From: Octopus vulgaris
Lineage: Eukaryota
NCBI GenBank assembly: GCA_951406725.2
Contig: OX597830.1
Location: forward strand, 20,894,001 to 20,958,000
Reading direction: 5' to 3'
DNA: 64,000 bases
Position 1 is the stretch's first letter; each line of letters opens with the position of its first letter. This document shows positions 25,661 to 38,720 of the stretch, piece after piece. The translations under genes and the position numbers were made by a program. The notes under the pieces are model-generated. The model did no database searches. It worked only from the letters and a program-made list of their open reading frames with translations, and was not told the DNA's origin.

Positions 25661-25810
25661 CTATATATAAAAAATTCTTTGTCCCTGTTTCTCTGTCTGT
25701 CTATTCCCTATGCATTCTCAAACGGCTCGACCAAATCAAATCAAATTTTACAAGGTAATAGTATCAGATCCCGCGAGTGTCAACATGTAAATTTTTTTTT
25801 TCATTTGGAT
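25661..25810 (+). mobile_element. Possible Helitron 5' fragment, with the MITE inserted at its start
   Basis: TCTATATAT|ATAAAA then CTGT microsatellite and AAACGGCTCGACCAAATC-type sequence typical of non-autonomous Helitron 5' ends; no 3' CTAG end found. Confidence 0.4.
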
Positions 25811-26049
25811 TAAAACAATATAATATTGGCACTGGTTTGGTATCACGTGTCGAAAGTGAAAGAATAAGATCTACACTGTAATGTGATATAATATTGTTTC
25901 ACTTTTATTCTTTCACATTTAATTCTAAAGTAATAACACTAACATCATCTTAATTCTATTATATTTACGAAACTTTTCCAAGATCAGCAAACACATGCTG
26001 CAGCACATCAAATGGAACCTCAAGACAGAAGCGGGTTCAGTGGCACGTG

Positions 26050-26267
26050 AGGCCGACCAAAGCCTTGTGAGTGGATCAGGTAGTTGGAAACTGAAAGAAG
26101 CCCGTCGTATATATATTTTTCTCACCTTGTTTTTCCTGTGTCCCTTTCTGTAGAAGAGCGTAGGCTCGAAATGTAAAAGACTTTTTCTATTCCTGAGCGT
26201 TATACTAATACATGTTTGTTTTGTACACCACCTGTCTTCGTCTTTTGTTTTTTTCGTAAACTCTCCC

Positions 26268-26340
<73 letters not shown>

Positions 26341-26585
26341 GTGTGTGTATGTATGTGTGTGGGTGGTGGGGGGTGAGGGAGAGTGTGTGTGTCTTTGCGT
26401 TTGTCCCCACCAACGCCACCATTTGACAACTGGTCTTGGTGTATTTACGTCCCAAAAGAGAGCGATAGAATAAATACCAGGCTTTAAAAAAACCAGCACT
26501 GAGATCGATTCATTCAACTAAAAATTCTTCAATGTGGTGCACCAGCATGGCCGCAGTCTATTAACTGAAACAAGTAAAAGATAAA
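26050..26585 (+). mobile_element. SINE family A carrying a Penelope-like fragment (~26115-26270) in its internal microsatellite
   Basis: 5' body ends GCCCGTCGTATATAT; 3' body resumes at ~26390. Confidence 0.8.
26144..26179 (+). ncRNA. Degenerate minimal hammerhead motif (A6U)
   Basis: CTTT-CTGTAGA-A-GAGC(gtag)GCTC-GAA-ATGT-A-AAAG. Confidence 0.5.
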
Positions 26586-27613
26586 CGATACTAGAATGTT
26601 GCCTGCCATATGACGGATAAGTTTGGAAACACTCTTTTTGCCACTGTGGTAAACATCAGAAACTGTGGTATAAAAACAATAATTATAGTTTAACTTTTTT
26701 TGCCATATTTCTTGGTGCTTTTTCGAAATGATGAAATGAGCTCAAATTTTCAAAATTAAATTAATCAAATTTCACATTTGTATATTTCAAAATAAATATA
26801 TGTTACGTAATATGCTGTTTTTCTGCATTTAATCAGCATAATTGTAATCTATTCCATCGAAAGCTTATCTCTGTAAAATTTCATTGAAAAATGTATATTC
26901 TTCAGAAAGTTATAATTATCGAAATAGGTGCTGGCCTCCTTCTCTCTCTCTCTCTGGGTGTGCAAGTAAATGCACATAAAAGTCATTGACCTCTTGTAGT
27001 TACGGACTATTAGAGGTCATTAAAAATTATTGTTACATAATATAATAATTTCACTCTGTTACGTGATGGAGAACATATTGTTTGTGCGAATGCTTACAAT
27101 TTACTGTGTGTGTGTGTGTGTGTGTGTGCGTGTGCGTAAGTGTATACGTGTGTGTGTGTGTGTGTGCTTAAACAATATGTTATACTTTAGTTATGTGGAC
27201 AAAAGAAACTCCACAGCATTCTCAAGTCATATATAGTGTTTGAAAGAATACAGTGATGACAACCTGAATAGATCTTCGTCTACACTGAACATCAGCGACA
27301 GGTAGGACTGTCTAAGCAGTACTATAGGCCCCTGGACAAACCAATACACCGGGCCCTATAGTATATATTTAGTGATAGCAAGTCACAACACACATAAATT
27401 TCAATTGAACCCCTAGTGTCACAAAACACTTCAGGTAACTGACCAGTGTGTCCAGAACGCAGAGAGCTGGAACATTTATCACAGTTTATGCTATCCGATG
27501 CTCTAAGGAATCCACTGTTAGTTCCCACCAGGAGGCGCCTTCCGTGTCACACGAATCTCACTGAGAACTATGTTAAGGTTATGTGTGTCTGTGGAGTGCT
27601 CAGCCGATTTGTA

Positions 27614-28169
27614 TTGGGTTGTCCGGAAAGTTCGTGCCGATTTTTAAAGGAAAGAAAAAGGTCAATAAATACTTGCCATTACATTTTTGATCAACCAAAT
27701 ATGAACCATTTTGTTGCACAATGTGTATTTTAACTTTAAAATATCCTTTTCCCAGAATTAAGGTGGTTCCATGGCAAAGAATTCATCAAGGTATCTTTTT
27801 ACGTCATCCAAGGAATTGAAATTTTTACCATTAAGACTATTCTGCAGAGACCTGAATAAGTGGAAATCCGAAGGAGCAATATCTGGTGAATATGGAGGGT
27901 GGGGTAACACATCCCAGCTGAGCTGCAGCAATTTTTGTCTGGTTCCCAAAGCATCAAGTGCCGAAAATGAACTTTCTTACCTTCTATTTTAAAGGGTTAC
28001 AGAATGAACACAGGTTATAGGAACATAAATCTTCTTCCACGAAAAGATAGCTTAAACTGTGCTCTAAATGGAGGCGTAGTCAAATCCTATTTTATGGACA
28101 CAACCATGTTCTAAAATAAGTCGAAAGGTAAGCTACTATAAATCGGCACAAACTTTCCGGACAACCCAA
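27614..28169 (-). mobile_element. Mariner internal-deletion derivative
   Basis: ~30-bp TIRs TTGGGTTGTCCGGAAAGTT(C/T)GTGCCGATTT; TA TSD (27612-27613, 28170-28171); transposase remnant WDVLPHPPYSPDIAPSDFHLFRSLQN (27758-27949). Confidence 0.95.
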
Positions 28170-28504
28170 TACGTTAATTTCATGGATCAGTCATATAAGA
28201 TTTTGTTGATCGTATCAACTGGAACACTCATTTAAAAGATTCAAAATATAAACAATGATAAACCATGAAACAAATCTTTATTGTTCAAAATGAAGCAAAA
28301 CTAACAGTAAGATGGAAAATAATGTTTATTTTTGTATAATTCCACTTTATTTATATTTGAGAAGTGTTCTCCAATTTATTTTCAAGTGGAAAGTCTTTGA
28401 TCACATCCTCAATATGACAACAGGAATACTTCGAATTATTTTAGCAAGTTAATTTACCATTTCTGTGATGCCTCCATCTTCCTTAGATAACTACGAACGT
28501 GCTT

Positions 28505-29410
28505 ATTTTTTTCTTCTTTACTGCCCACAAAGAGCTAAACACAGAGAGGACAAACAAGGGCAGACAAACATCAACCCCAGAGTTCAACTGGTTCTTGATA
28601 TATCGACTGGCGCAATGACAATTCTGTCAGCTCGCTGCCTTAGGTAATATTTCAGATATTCTTTTCTACTCTAGGTACAAGGCCCAACATTTTTGGGCAG
28701 GGGTCTAGTCGATTAGACCGACCCGAGTACGCAACTCGTACTTAATTTATCGAGGATGAAAGGATGAAAGGCAAAGTTGACCTCGACGGAATTTGAACAC
28801 AGAACGTAGCGGCAGACGAAATACCTATTTCTTTACTACCCACAAGGGGCTAAACACAGAGAGGACAAACAAGGACAGACAAACGGATTAAGTCGATTAT
28901 ATCGACCCCAGTGCGTAACTGGTACTTATTTAATCGACCCCGAAAGGATGAAAGGCAAAGTCGACCTCGGCGGAATTTGAACTCGATTAAATAAGTACCA
29001 GTTACGCACTGGGGTCGATTTAATCGACTTAATCCGTTTGTCTATCCTTGTTTGTCCTCTCTGTGTTTAGCCCCTTGTGGGTTGTAAAGAAATAGATATT
29101 TCGTCTGTTGTTACGTTCTGAGTTCAAATTCTGCCGAGGTCGACTTTGCCTTTCATCCTTTCGGGGTCGATAAATTAAGTACCAGTTACGCACTGGAGTC
29201 GATGTACTCGACTTAATTCCTTTGTCTGTCCTTGTTTGTCCTCTCTATGTTTAGCCCCTTGTGGGCAGCGGTATTTCGTCTGTTTTTACGTTCCGAGTTC
29301 AAATTCCGCCGAGGTCGACTTTACCTTTCATCTTTTCGGAGTCGATAAAACATGTACCAGATAAGCATCCCCACCCCCGAAATTGCTGGCCTTGTGCCAA
29401 AATTTGAAAT
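28505..29410. mobile_element. SINE family B cluster: minus-strand units 28505-28983, then plus-strand units 28984-29410
   Basis: Family B bodies in both orientations; strand switch at GAATTTGAAC|TCGATTAAAT. Confidence 0.85.
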
Positions 29411-29629
29411 TTCCTTTTCATCACCAGAAATGAGGTCTCAAAACTTCTTATGTTCTGCTGTTCACACCTGCAACTAAAAATGGGGTTCACACTGATGATG
29501 TAGATCAGAGTTGGTCAACCGGGGTCTATGTGACCCTAGCGGTTCCATATAAAATTTTCTTGTTAAACATCTATGTACCATAAAAATTGGTTAATCTTCT
29601 AGAATACAAAAAATATTTTGACAATTTTT

Positions 29630-30035
29630 TTACGTAGGAGTGGCTGTGTGGTAAGTAGCTTGCTTACCAACTACATGGTTCCAGGTTCAGTCCCACTGCG
29701 TGTCACCGTGGGCAAGTGTCTTCTACTATTGCCTCGGGTCGACCAAAGCCTTGTGAGTGGATTTAGTATACGAAACTGAAAGAAGCCCATCGTATATAAT
29801 TACATATATATATATATATTTATATGTGTGTGTGTCTCTGTGCCATCGCTTGACAACCATTGTGTGTTTCTGTCCGCATAATCTAGCGGTTCAGCAAAAG
29901 AGTCCGATAGAGTAAGTACTAAGCTTACAAGCAATAAGTCCTGGGGGTGGAGGTCTTACTGTTCAACTAACACCCTTCAAGGCGGTGCTCCATCATGGCC
30001 GCAGTCAAATGACTGAAACAAGTAAAAGAATAAAA
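29630..30035 (+). mobile_element. SINE family A, full length
   Basis: Head CGTAGGAGTGGCTGTGTGG through the GTAAAAGAATAAAA tail. Confidence 0.9.
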
Positions 30036-30118
30036 TGATTACTAATAGCATTTAATTGTAAAAGAATAAGGGTCTGCGCGCGCAAAATAAGAATCATAGA
30101 GGTCCAAAGGTAGTGAAA

Positions 30119-30464
30119 TTACTAACTCCGCGAAGGCAGAGGTATTGTTTTCAGTCGTATTTGTTTGTTTGTTTGTCCATAGACAAGATATCTCAAGAAC
30201 CGCTGGATGGATTCGGATGAAACTTTCAGGCATGTTTGGCCTCGCTACTGGCACGAACTGATTAGATTTTGGGATCGAACCTGTACCGGACAAGGATTCT
30301 TGATTATTTTTCCGGTTTTTAAACTTAATCTTTGAGAGCGGTCGGGTTCATTTTTAGTATTCTCGTTTGTGAGAGCAGTCGAGTTTATTTCAGACATTCT
30401 CATTTTAAGAAATCATCTCTGTTGTTGACTTCGCGTGGGTATGCGCTCTCTGAGTGCTCTTGTT
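30119..30464 (+). mobile_element. Helentron-associated non-autonomous element (HINE/DINE-1-like)
   Basis: 5' subTIR AACTCCGCGAAG, (TTTG)n microsatellite, 3' subTIR CTTCGCGTGGGT, then short hairpin GCGCTC-tct-GAGTGC and T-rich ends. Confidence 0.65.
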
Positions 30465-30469
30465 TATTT

Positions 30470-30511
30470 ATTTATTCATTTCTTTCTTCTCTTTCTTCTT
30501 TTCTTTCTTCC

Positions 30512-30544
<33 letters not shown>

Positions 30545-30873
30545 CTTTCCTCCCTTTTCTTTCTTCCTATTCTTTCTATCTTTCTTCTTTCTTCCCTTTC
30601 TTTCCTTCATTCTTTCTTTCTTTCTTCCTTCCTTTCTTTCTTCCCTTTCTTCTCTTTCTTTCTTTCTTCCCTTTCTTCTCTTTCTTTCTTTCTTTCTTTC
30701 CTTCTCTTTCTTTCTTTCTTTCCTTTCTTCTCTTTCTTTCTGTCTTTCTTTCTTCCCTTTCTTCTCTTTCTTTCTTTCTTTCCTTCCTTTCTTCGTTTCT
30801 TTCTTTCTTTCCTTCCTTCTCTTCTTCCTTCCTTCCTTTCTTTCCTTCTTTCTTTCTTCCCTTTCTTTCCTTC

Positions 30874-30908
<35 letters not shown>

Positions 30909-30980
30909 TTCCCGTTCTTCCTTCCTTCCTTCCTTCCTTCCTTCCTTCCTTCCTTCCTGCCTACCTTCCGTCCTTCCTTT
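30470..30980. repeat. ~500-bp polypyrimidine (CTTT/CTTC) tract
   Basis: Almost pure C/T. Confidence 0.95.
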
Positions 30981-31418
30981 TGAAGAGAAGGTGTTTTGCA
31001 CCAGTTCGGTACATCTCATAAGTATTATGACGGTTCTTATAAAAGGGTCGAAACAAATCACTTTGGCCGGCGGTAAATGATAAATTGTCCTTTTCTTTGT
31101 TTCATTTTTTCTTTGGTGTTGTAAGCCGTCTTTTGTTTATCCTTCGCTTATTAGACCGCGGTCATACTGGAGCATCGCATTAAAGTCGAAAAAATTGAAT
31201 CCCCCCACCCAGCACTTACTTATTTTGGGGCTGCTACTCGATTTTTCGTATTTATTTTTACCGGGACACAAACAAACCAAGAAGGGTTGTCAAGCGATTG
31301 AAGGACTAACACAGGCGCAAATACGCACATATAAACACATCAATCAATTAATCTATCTACACATACACACACACACACACACACATATACCACATTCAGC
31401 ACCACCATCTCCACCAGC

Positions 31419-31452
<34 letters not shown>

Positions 31453-31506
31453 TGTATGTATGTATAAATATATGTGCACACATATACGTACCACCATCTC
31501 CACCAG

Positions 31507-31554
<48 letters not shown>

Positions 31555-31584
31555 GTACAGGACGCCACCAACAGTTAACAACAT

Positions 31585-31845
31585 GAGGATCTTTACCTTT
31601 TGACCTACAGATTTAAAAAATAATTTTTTGTAACTAAACTCTTTCAAACTTCGGACACTGGTAGAATGTGTCATATAAAACATCTTTTACTCTTAGCATT
31701 TTTGAGAAAAACTTATATTTACGAAGTTATTTCACGTTAAAGTAGTCTTATTTTGGTAATTTCAACCAATCAATGACGTGTATTCAGCTGAATGAAATTA
31801 CTGTTGCTGTTTGTCAACAAGAACTTCCGGCGGTGTATATTTCGA
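31585..31845. mobile_element. Truncated relative of the 25242-25660 MITE
   Basis: Starts GGATCTTT; shares GTAACTAAAC...CTGGTAGAATGTG and TTTCAACCAATCAATGACGT. Confidence 0.7.
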
Positions 31846-32124
31846 TTCATTCGACTAAGATTCTTTAAGGAGGTGCTCCAGCATGGCCGCAGTCTAATGA
31901 CTCAAACAAGTAGAATTTAAAAGCCACAAAAATATATGACCATGCAGAAGAATCCTTCATTCGCCCTCTTCTGACTGCTCGCTAGATTTGTTAATGTTTA
32001 AGTCTAAAAATCAACTCTGATCGAATAAACATCACAAACGACATTCCAGCTGTGGCCATCACGTATTTTTAGCGGTACAACAGGACCACTGTGTCCAATA
32101 TGTTGTCCCCTACATTCCGTTTCT

Positions 32125-32527
32125 TTTAACGGCAGTTTTTTCTAGCGGTGTCATATGAATTTGTCACCCATAATTATGACCCTATTATCGATCTATTGCA
32201 TTTCAATCAGTTTTAGGGTTAGGGTTGGGGGTGGGGGTAAGGGTATCTTTTTTCTTCAGAAATGTAAATAAACCCAATCTGTTTCTTAAACGAGGGACAT
32301 ATTCATACGGCACAGAATGTTTTCACCTCAATAGACGTCATTGATTGGTTGAAATTGCAGAAATTGAAGAAAAACAACAACAAATATCTTACAAACCATA
32401 GAATTTTCTCAATAAAGCCAAGAGAAAAAGATGTTTTCTAAACACATTCTACCAGTATACGAAGTTTAAAAGTGTTTAGTTACGTGGAAATTATTTTAAA
32501 AATCTGCCGTTCAAATCGAAAAGATCC
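32125..32527. mobile_element. Copy of the 25242-25660 MITE in opposite orientation, left TIR eroded
   Basis: AACGGCAGTTTTTTCTAG...CTGCCGTTCAAATCGAAAAGATCC. Confidence 0.85.
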
Positions 32528-33190
32528 GTGTCTTCTGCTATAGCCTCAGGCCGACCAAAAGCCATATGTATGTGCATGTGTCTTTGTGACTGTGTTTGTT
32601 CTTCCATCATTGTTTGGTAACCGATGTTGGTGTGTTCACGTTCAAGTAACTTAGCGGTTCGGCTAAAGAGAGTCCGATAGAATAAGTACTAGGCTTACAG
32701 AGAATAAGTTCTCGGGTCGATTTCTTCCACCAAAAGACCCTTTGATGCAGTGCTCCAGTCAAATGACTGAAACAAGCAGAAGAATAAAAGAACATACATA
32801 CACACACACAGTGTTGCGGGTATGACTGTGACGTTAAGGTTCCGGGTTCAATTCCACAGCATGGCACCTTGAGCAAATTGTCTTTTACTTTATATAGCCC
32901 CGAGCCAACCAATGTCTTATGATTGGATTTGGGACACGTGTGTGTGTGTGTGTGTGTGAACCTGTGTACCTTAGCGTTTGTGTTTGTCCAGCCACCACCA
33001 TCGCTTGACAACTGGCGTTGGTTGGTTTACGTCCGCGTAACTCAAGCAGTTTGGCCCTGGAAACCGATAGAATGACTACCAAGGCGTAGATAACAAAAGT
33101 TCTGGAGTCGATTTGTTAGAGTGATCCTTTCAAACAAGTGCCCCAGCATGGCCGCAGTCCGAATGATAAAAACAAGTAAAGATAAAAGGT
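32528..33190 (+). mobile_element. Two diverged SINE family A copies (32528-32790, ~32838-33190)
   Basis: Family A body and tail motifs occur twice. Confidence 0.75.
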
Positions 33191-33203
33191 GCATGTAAGT
33201 ATG

Positions 33204-33252
<49 letters not shown>

Positions 33253-33416
33253 AGGCGCAGGCATGGCTATGTGGTAAGAAGCTTGCTTCCCAACCACATG
33301 GTTCCGGGTTCAGTCCCACTACGTGGCACCTTGGGCAACTGTCTTATACGATAGCCTCAGGCCGACCAAAGCCTTGTGAGTGGATTTCGTAGACGGAAAC
33401 TGAAAGAAGCCCGTCG

Positions 33417-33509
<93 letters not shown>

Positions 33510-34125
33510 AATATTAGGGAATAAATCCAAATTTACAGGGAAAAATCAGATTTAGGATTAAATCCAATTTTATAGTAAAATATTATATAATATAATTCGA
33601 GACAAAACCACTATTTTGCAAAACAAACAAGGAAAGACTTAATCAATACATAAAAATTTTTAATATAAAGAAATAAACCGCCACTACAATCGTTTCATGT
33701 CTTCAATGACATTCGTCAGGTGGATTTTCGATCTAAAATATCAATATATTAAAATATAAGTTTAAAATAATAAAATTATAAATGAAAAATATAAATATAT
33801 ATAATCTATATATAATCTATATATAATCTATATATAATCAATATATAATCTAAAATAAACCCTATAAACAATTGAATATAAAGAAACCTATTATTAAAGT
33901 TCTCATATTTAAAGATGTACAAAAAACAAAAAACAAAAAACAAAAAACAAAAAACCATCACTGCTTGACAACCGGTGTTGGTATGTTTATGTCTCTGTAA
34001 CTAGCGATTCGGCAAAAGAAATAGAATAAGTACCAGGCTTAAAAAATAAGTCCGGGGGAGGGAAGGGGGTCAAAATGGTGCTCCAGCGTGGCCGGAGTCA
34101 AATGACTAAAACAAATAAAAGAATA
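33253..34125 (+). mobile_element. SINE family A split by a Penelope-like fragment (~33507-33920) in its microsatellite
   Basis: 5' half 33253-33420 and 3' half ~33955-34125. Confidence 0.85.
33681..33723 (-). ncRNA. Minimal type I hammerhead ribozyme motif with intact core
   Basis: Minus strand CCAC-CTGACGA-ATGTC(attgaa)GACAT-GAA-AC(gatt)GT-A-GTGG; GUA triplet. Confidence 0.8.
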
Positions 34126-34135
34126 CACAAACACA

Positions 34136-34177
<42 letters not shown>

Positions 34178-34404
34178 CTCACACACACACACGTGTATAT
34201 TAAATACATACTCGTATATCTTTTTACGATACATGTGCGTGTTTTACGTATAAATTATTATACATGAAATCATTCAAGCGAAAACTAAAACCAAAGTCCA
34301 AAACCATTAAAATCCAATGAAGCTAACCATTTGCGAAACTTCGAAGTCACTGTCAACATCTTTCTATATATGTGTATGTGTGTATGCTTATATATATATA
34401 TACG

Positions 34405-34624
34405 TTGGGCAAATGTCTGCTTCTATAGCCTAGGGCCGACCAAAGCCTTGTGAGTGGATTTCGTAGATGGAAACTGAAAGAAGCCCTCGAAATTACTACG
34501 ATGATCCGGTATATTGATGAAGACTAGGTCTTCGAATGTATATATATGTTTGTTGTATCGGAGTCTTCATAAATGTGTTATGGCGTTCTTGTCACAGGGT
34601 TTGTAGTTTTTTTTTACATATCAT

Positions 34625-34703
<79 letters not shown>

Positions 34704-34920
34704 GTGTGTGTGTGAATGTGTGTTTGTCCCGCCACCATCGATTGACAAGTGATGCTGGTGTGTTTATGTCCGCTGTAACTTAGCGGTTCGGCAAAAGTGT
34801 ACGATAGAATAATTTACTAGGCTTACAAAGAATAAGTCCTGGAGTCGATTTGCTTGACTAAAAGGCGGTGCTCCAGCATGGCCGCGGTCAAATGACTGAA
34901 ACAAATGAAAGAGTGAAAGA
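34405..34920 (+). mobile_element. SINE family A with an insertion (~34487-34630) at its microsatellite
   Basis: Body halves flank foreign sequence and a long (TA)n. Confidence 0.8.
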
Positions 34921-34972
34921 GCAATATATACATACATATATATATATATATATACACACACATATATATATA

Positions 34973-35014
<42 letters not shown>

Positions 35015-36143
35015 TGTATACACACACACATACATAGGTGTTATACGCAATTAGTATATTGCGTTGTAAAACAGCACACGTGTGTGTGTATGTGTGTGTT
35101 TATATACACAGGTTCGTTTGGGTGTGAACGACCTGACTTTGGTTAAGTTAATTCAGTCAAAATATGTTATATTAAAAATATTTGAAAAGCGACACTAGGT
35201 TACACACACACACACAGTGTATACATAGATACAGTCAAATGAACAAACGCACCCCTATATGTATAGGTGGGTGTATATATATATATATATACACCCACCT
35301 CTTCAGATTTAAAAAGGAACATTGGCAGCAACAACTGCGTGTCCCATTATTACTGATGATGACAGCAACAGTAGCACCACCAGCACCATCGCCGTTACCA
35401 TCAGCACCACCACTACCTCTACATCATGAGTTCCCCGTCAACGTTATTTCATACATCCGCCAACCTTGCACACTACACACACACATACACACATGCATTT
35501 AAATATAAATATATATGTGTGTTTGTGTGTGTGTGTAAATAGTTAAAGTGAAATGACAACCACTTGGCGATAGACAAACACACAGACACACACACACACT
35601 CAACGATATTCTTTAAATTTCTTCATCACCTCGAACAAGCACACACCTTATTCAAACGTACTGATATTTGGACTCAAACACACAGACACAGATGAAGAGA
35701 GATAGAGAGAGAGAGAGACAGAGAGGTGTAAAGAAAGACAAAGAGAGAGAGAGACGGGGTGTGTGAGTGAGAGAAAGAGAGTACGTGTGTATGAAAGAGA
35801 GAGAGAGAGAGGGAGGTAACCACTTCGTTGAGACCGACACACAGTCACACAGGAATCTGGTTCGTCCTAAGTTCTGCATCCACTCACCTCAACCATCACA
35901 CACCTTACTTTACTCAACACACATCAGGATACAAACACACAAACAAGCTCACTCACTCACTCACTCATACACGCACACATCTCTAAGCACAAATAAAACT
36001 ACTTAGGTACCGACATAGACACGCATTGAAAAAAAAACCCCTCCATTTTACCCACCTCATCACCACCACCGTCGTCACTATTTCTACCATTAAACTTTTT
36101 CATCTTTCTTAACCTCAGCTTACAGACACCTTACAGCACGAAC

Positions 36144-36183
<40 letters not shown>

Positions 36184-36498
36184 ACTCACGTACACGTTCA
36201 GACAGATAAGCTTCTTTGAAAGAAATAAACACACGAAGTGTTTTACAACACACACAGATATACTTACACATATAAGTTATTCATCGTTGGCTCACACGTA
36301 CCTTTTGTAATACAAACACATAGACTCACATTAACGTATACGTCCATAAACTCACACGTATGTGTGTGTGTATGTATGTGTATTTATAAGTGTGAGTACT
36401 TAGAGAGAAATAGTTACACAAAAATCTCAACGAACTCTCAAACACACACATATTTGTATGTAATTTCCGCGTCACCCTCACACACCTTAACATACATC

Positions 36499-36533
<35 letters not shown>

Positions 36534-36782
36534 ATATAGACAACTTGCATATTAAAAGAGAAAGACAGAAAAACACAAAATTAGCCTCTCTCTCTCACTC
36601 ATACTCAATCACACACTTATACATACACACACACGTATATAAGTTGTCTCATGTATCACCTCAGCCTACACACGTTACTAACATACTCATACACACTCAT
36701 AGACAAATATTTAATACAAACCCCTCTCTCTGTTTTTCTCTCTCTAACACATACATAAGTTTTATATTACCTCAACTAACAG

Positions 36783-36826
<44 letters not shown>

Positions 36827-38449
36827 TACAGTACACAACACACATCGGGACATAATCTCACTCAGAGACAAATGCTTGTTGGAGACAAACACCTACAGAA
36901 AAACAAACTCTCTCGCTCACTCACACACATACACACGTATTAGCCATCCCGAGTTCCGCATCACCTCCACACGCACACAAACACACGCGCGCGCGTACAG
37001 AGGCCTGCATACACACAGACACACAGACACTTATACTCACACCTTTTACAAAGATCGGGACACAAACACACACCCGTACCCATATACATACAACTCCTTC
37101 TTAGAGGCAAACACACAGACATAGCGCGAGTGTGAGAGCGAAAGAGAGAAAGAGAAAGAGAGAGAGAGAGTCCCTCGCAGCTTACACATTGAGTTCTGCA
37201 TCACCTCAGCTAATTCACCTTCCTCGGCGCACACTGATATCGGGACACACACACACACACACACGGAATATACTTACACACTCTCATATTCATACTTGTC
37301 CTATGCCTGCATCCCTCAACACACACACACACCTTCCTCCTCAGCATTTACTGACATCGGGACACACATACACACACACACACACACTCATGATATACCG
37401 CGCGCTCTCTGTGAGGTGTTTATACACCCTTCTCCTATATTATCACTTGGTAAGGTTTATAAGTCTGTTATAAGAATCTGTATATGTTAATATAAACCTG
37501 TGTGTGTTTAATTGTGTTATTAGTGTCTCCTTATTAACCTGTTTATGTAAATATATATAAGCACATACACACATATACATATATACCGTACGTGTGGGAG
37601 AGAGAATTGTTTATAGGTAAACATACCCATAAATGTGTGTGTGTGTATATATATATATTTATACATACACACATTTGTCTATAGGTAGATGTGTCACAGT
37701 TATTAAATAAACCTTTAGAACTGTTCTCACAAATTTATGAATATATGTGTATGTATGTGCATATGTAAATAACTGCCAGTGTATATATGTATGTATATAC
37801 ACCTTGTGTCAGCAAACCTGTTCATATGCATATACGTATATGTATGTATGTAGTGTGTTTGTGTGTGTTCCCTTAGTGCCTTCTCTGCTAAACACACTCT
37901 CTCTCTTCCTCATCACTTTCTCTCCTTCCCTTCTGCCCTCTCTCTCTCTCTCTCTCTTTATATCTGTCTCTCTGTCTGTCATCTCTACCTCTCTCTCCTC
38001 TCAGCTTGCCTGTCCCATCCTGTCTGTCAGCCTGTCCGTCTGCCTGTCTCTCAGCCTGACGTTTACTTTTGTTGTTGTAGTCATTCCACCCTACATCTCT
38101 ACCTATATATAAATATATACACACACACATGTATGTATATACATATACATATATATACATACATACATACACATACACATATACACACCGTTTTCTCTGC
38201 ATTGGATGTAGAAAACTGACTGAATTCACAGGATAAGTGGAGCGGAGCCGAGTGAAAGTTGATTAGAGTAGGAGCTGAGGGTAACAGAGTGGAGTGGGGG
38301 TGATTAGAGTGGAGTAGAGTTAAATTTTTAATCTGAGTTGAGCAAGAATGTAAAACTAGAGGAATAGATGAGAAGTAGAAGCGAGAAAAGACGGAGAAAA
38401 AATTTGAATAGAGCACAGAGGTAAAAAAAAAAAAAAGTAAAGTATAAAT

Positions 38450-38482
<33 letters not shown>

Positions 38483-38619
38483 ACGTACACACACACACAC
38501 ACATACATATACATATATATATATGTATATAAATATATATATATATATACATATAAAGTAAAGTGAAGTTAAAGTGGGAAAAAAAAGTGGTGTTTGAGTG
38601 TGAGTAAGAGTGAGGGATG

Positions 38620-38720
38620 TTATAAGTGTAAGGTGTTCTGACCGGAAGTTGTCGCCGTGGATAAACCGTACATGCGCATTTGTCAGGCCTGTAATTACTT
38701 GTAAATTTTGCGATGTTAAC
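38620..38720 (+). promoter_or_regulatory. Putative 5' UTR / proximal regulatory sequence of the ZEB gene
   Basis: Complex CpG-containing sequence just upstream of the ATG, with an ETS-type CCGGAAGT at 38642-38649; the TSS cannot be determined. Confidence 0.45.

Noticed and set aside
34510-34545. TTGATGAAGACTAGGTCTTCGAATGTA as a hammerhead
   Set aside because: U3-G8 mismatch, extra bases before GAA and missing A15.1; not counted.
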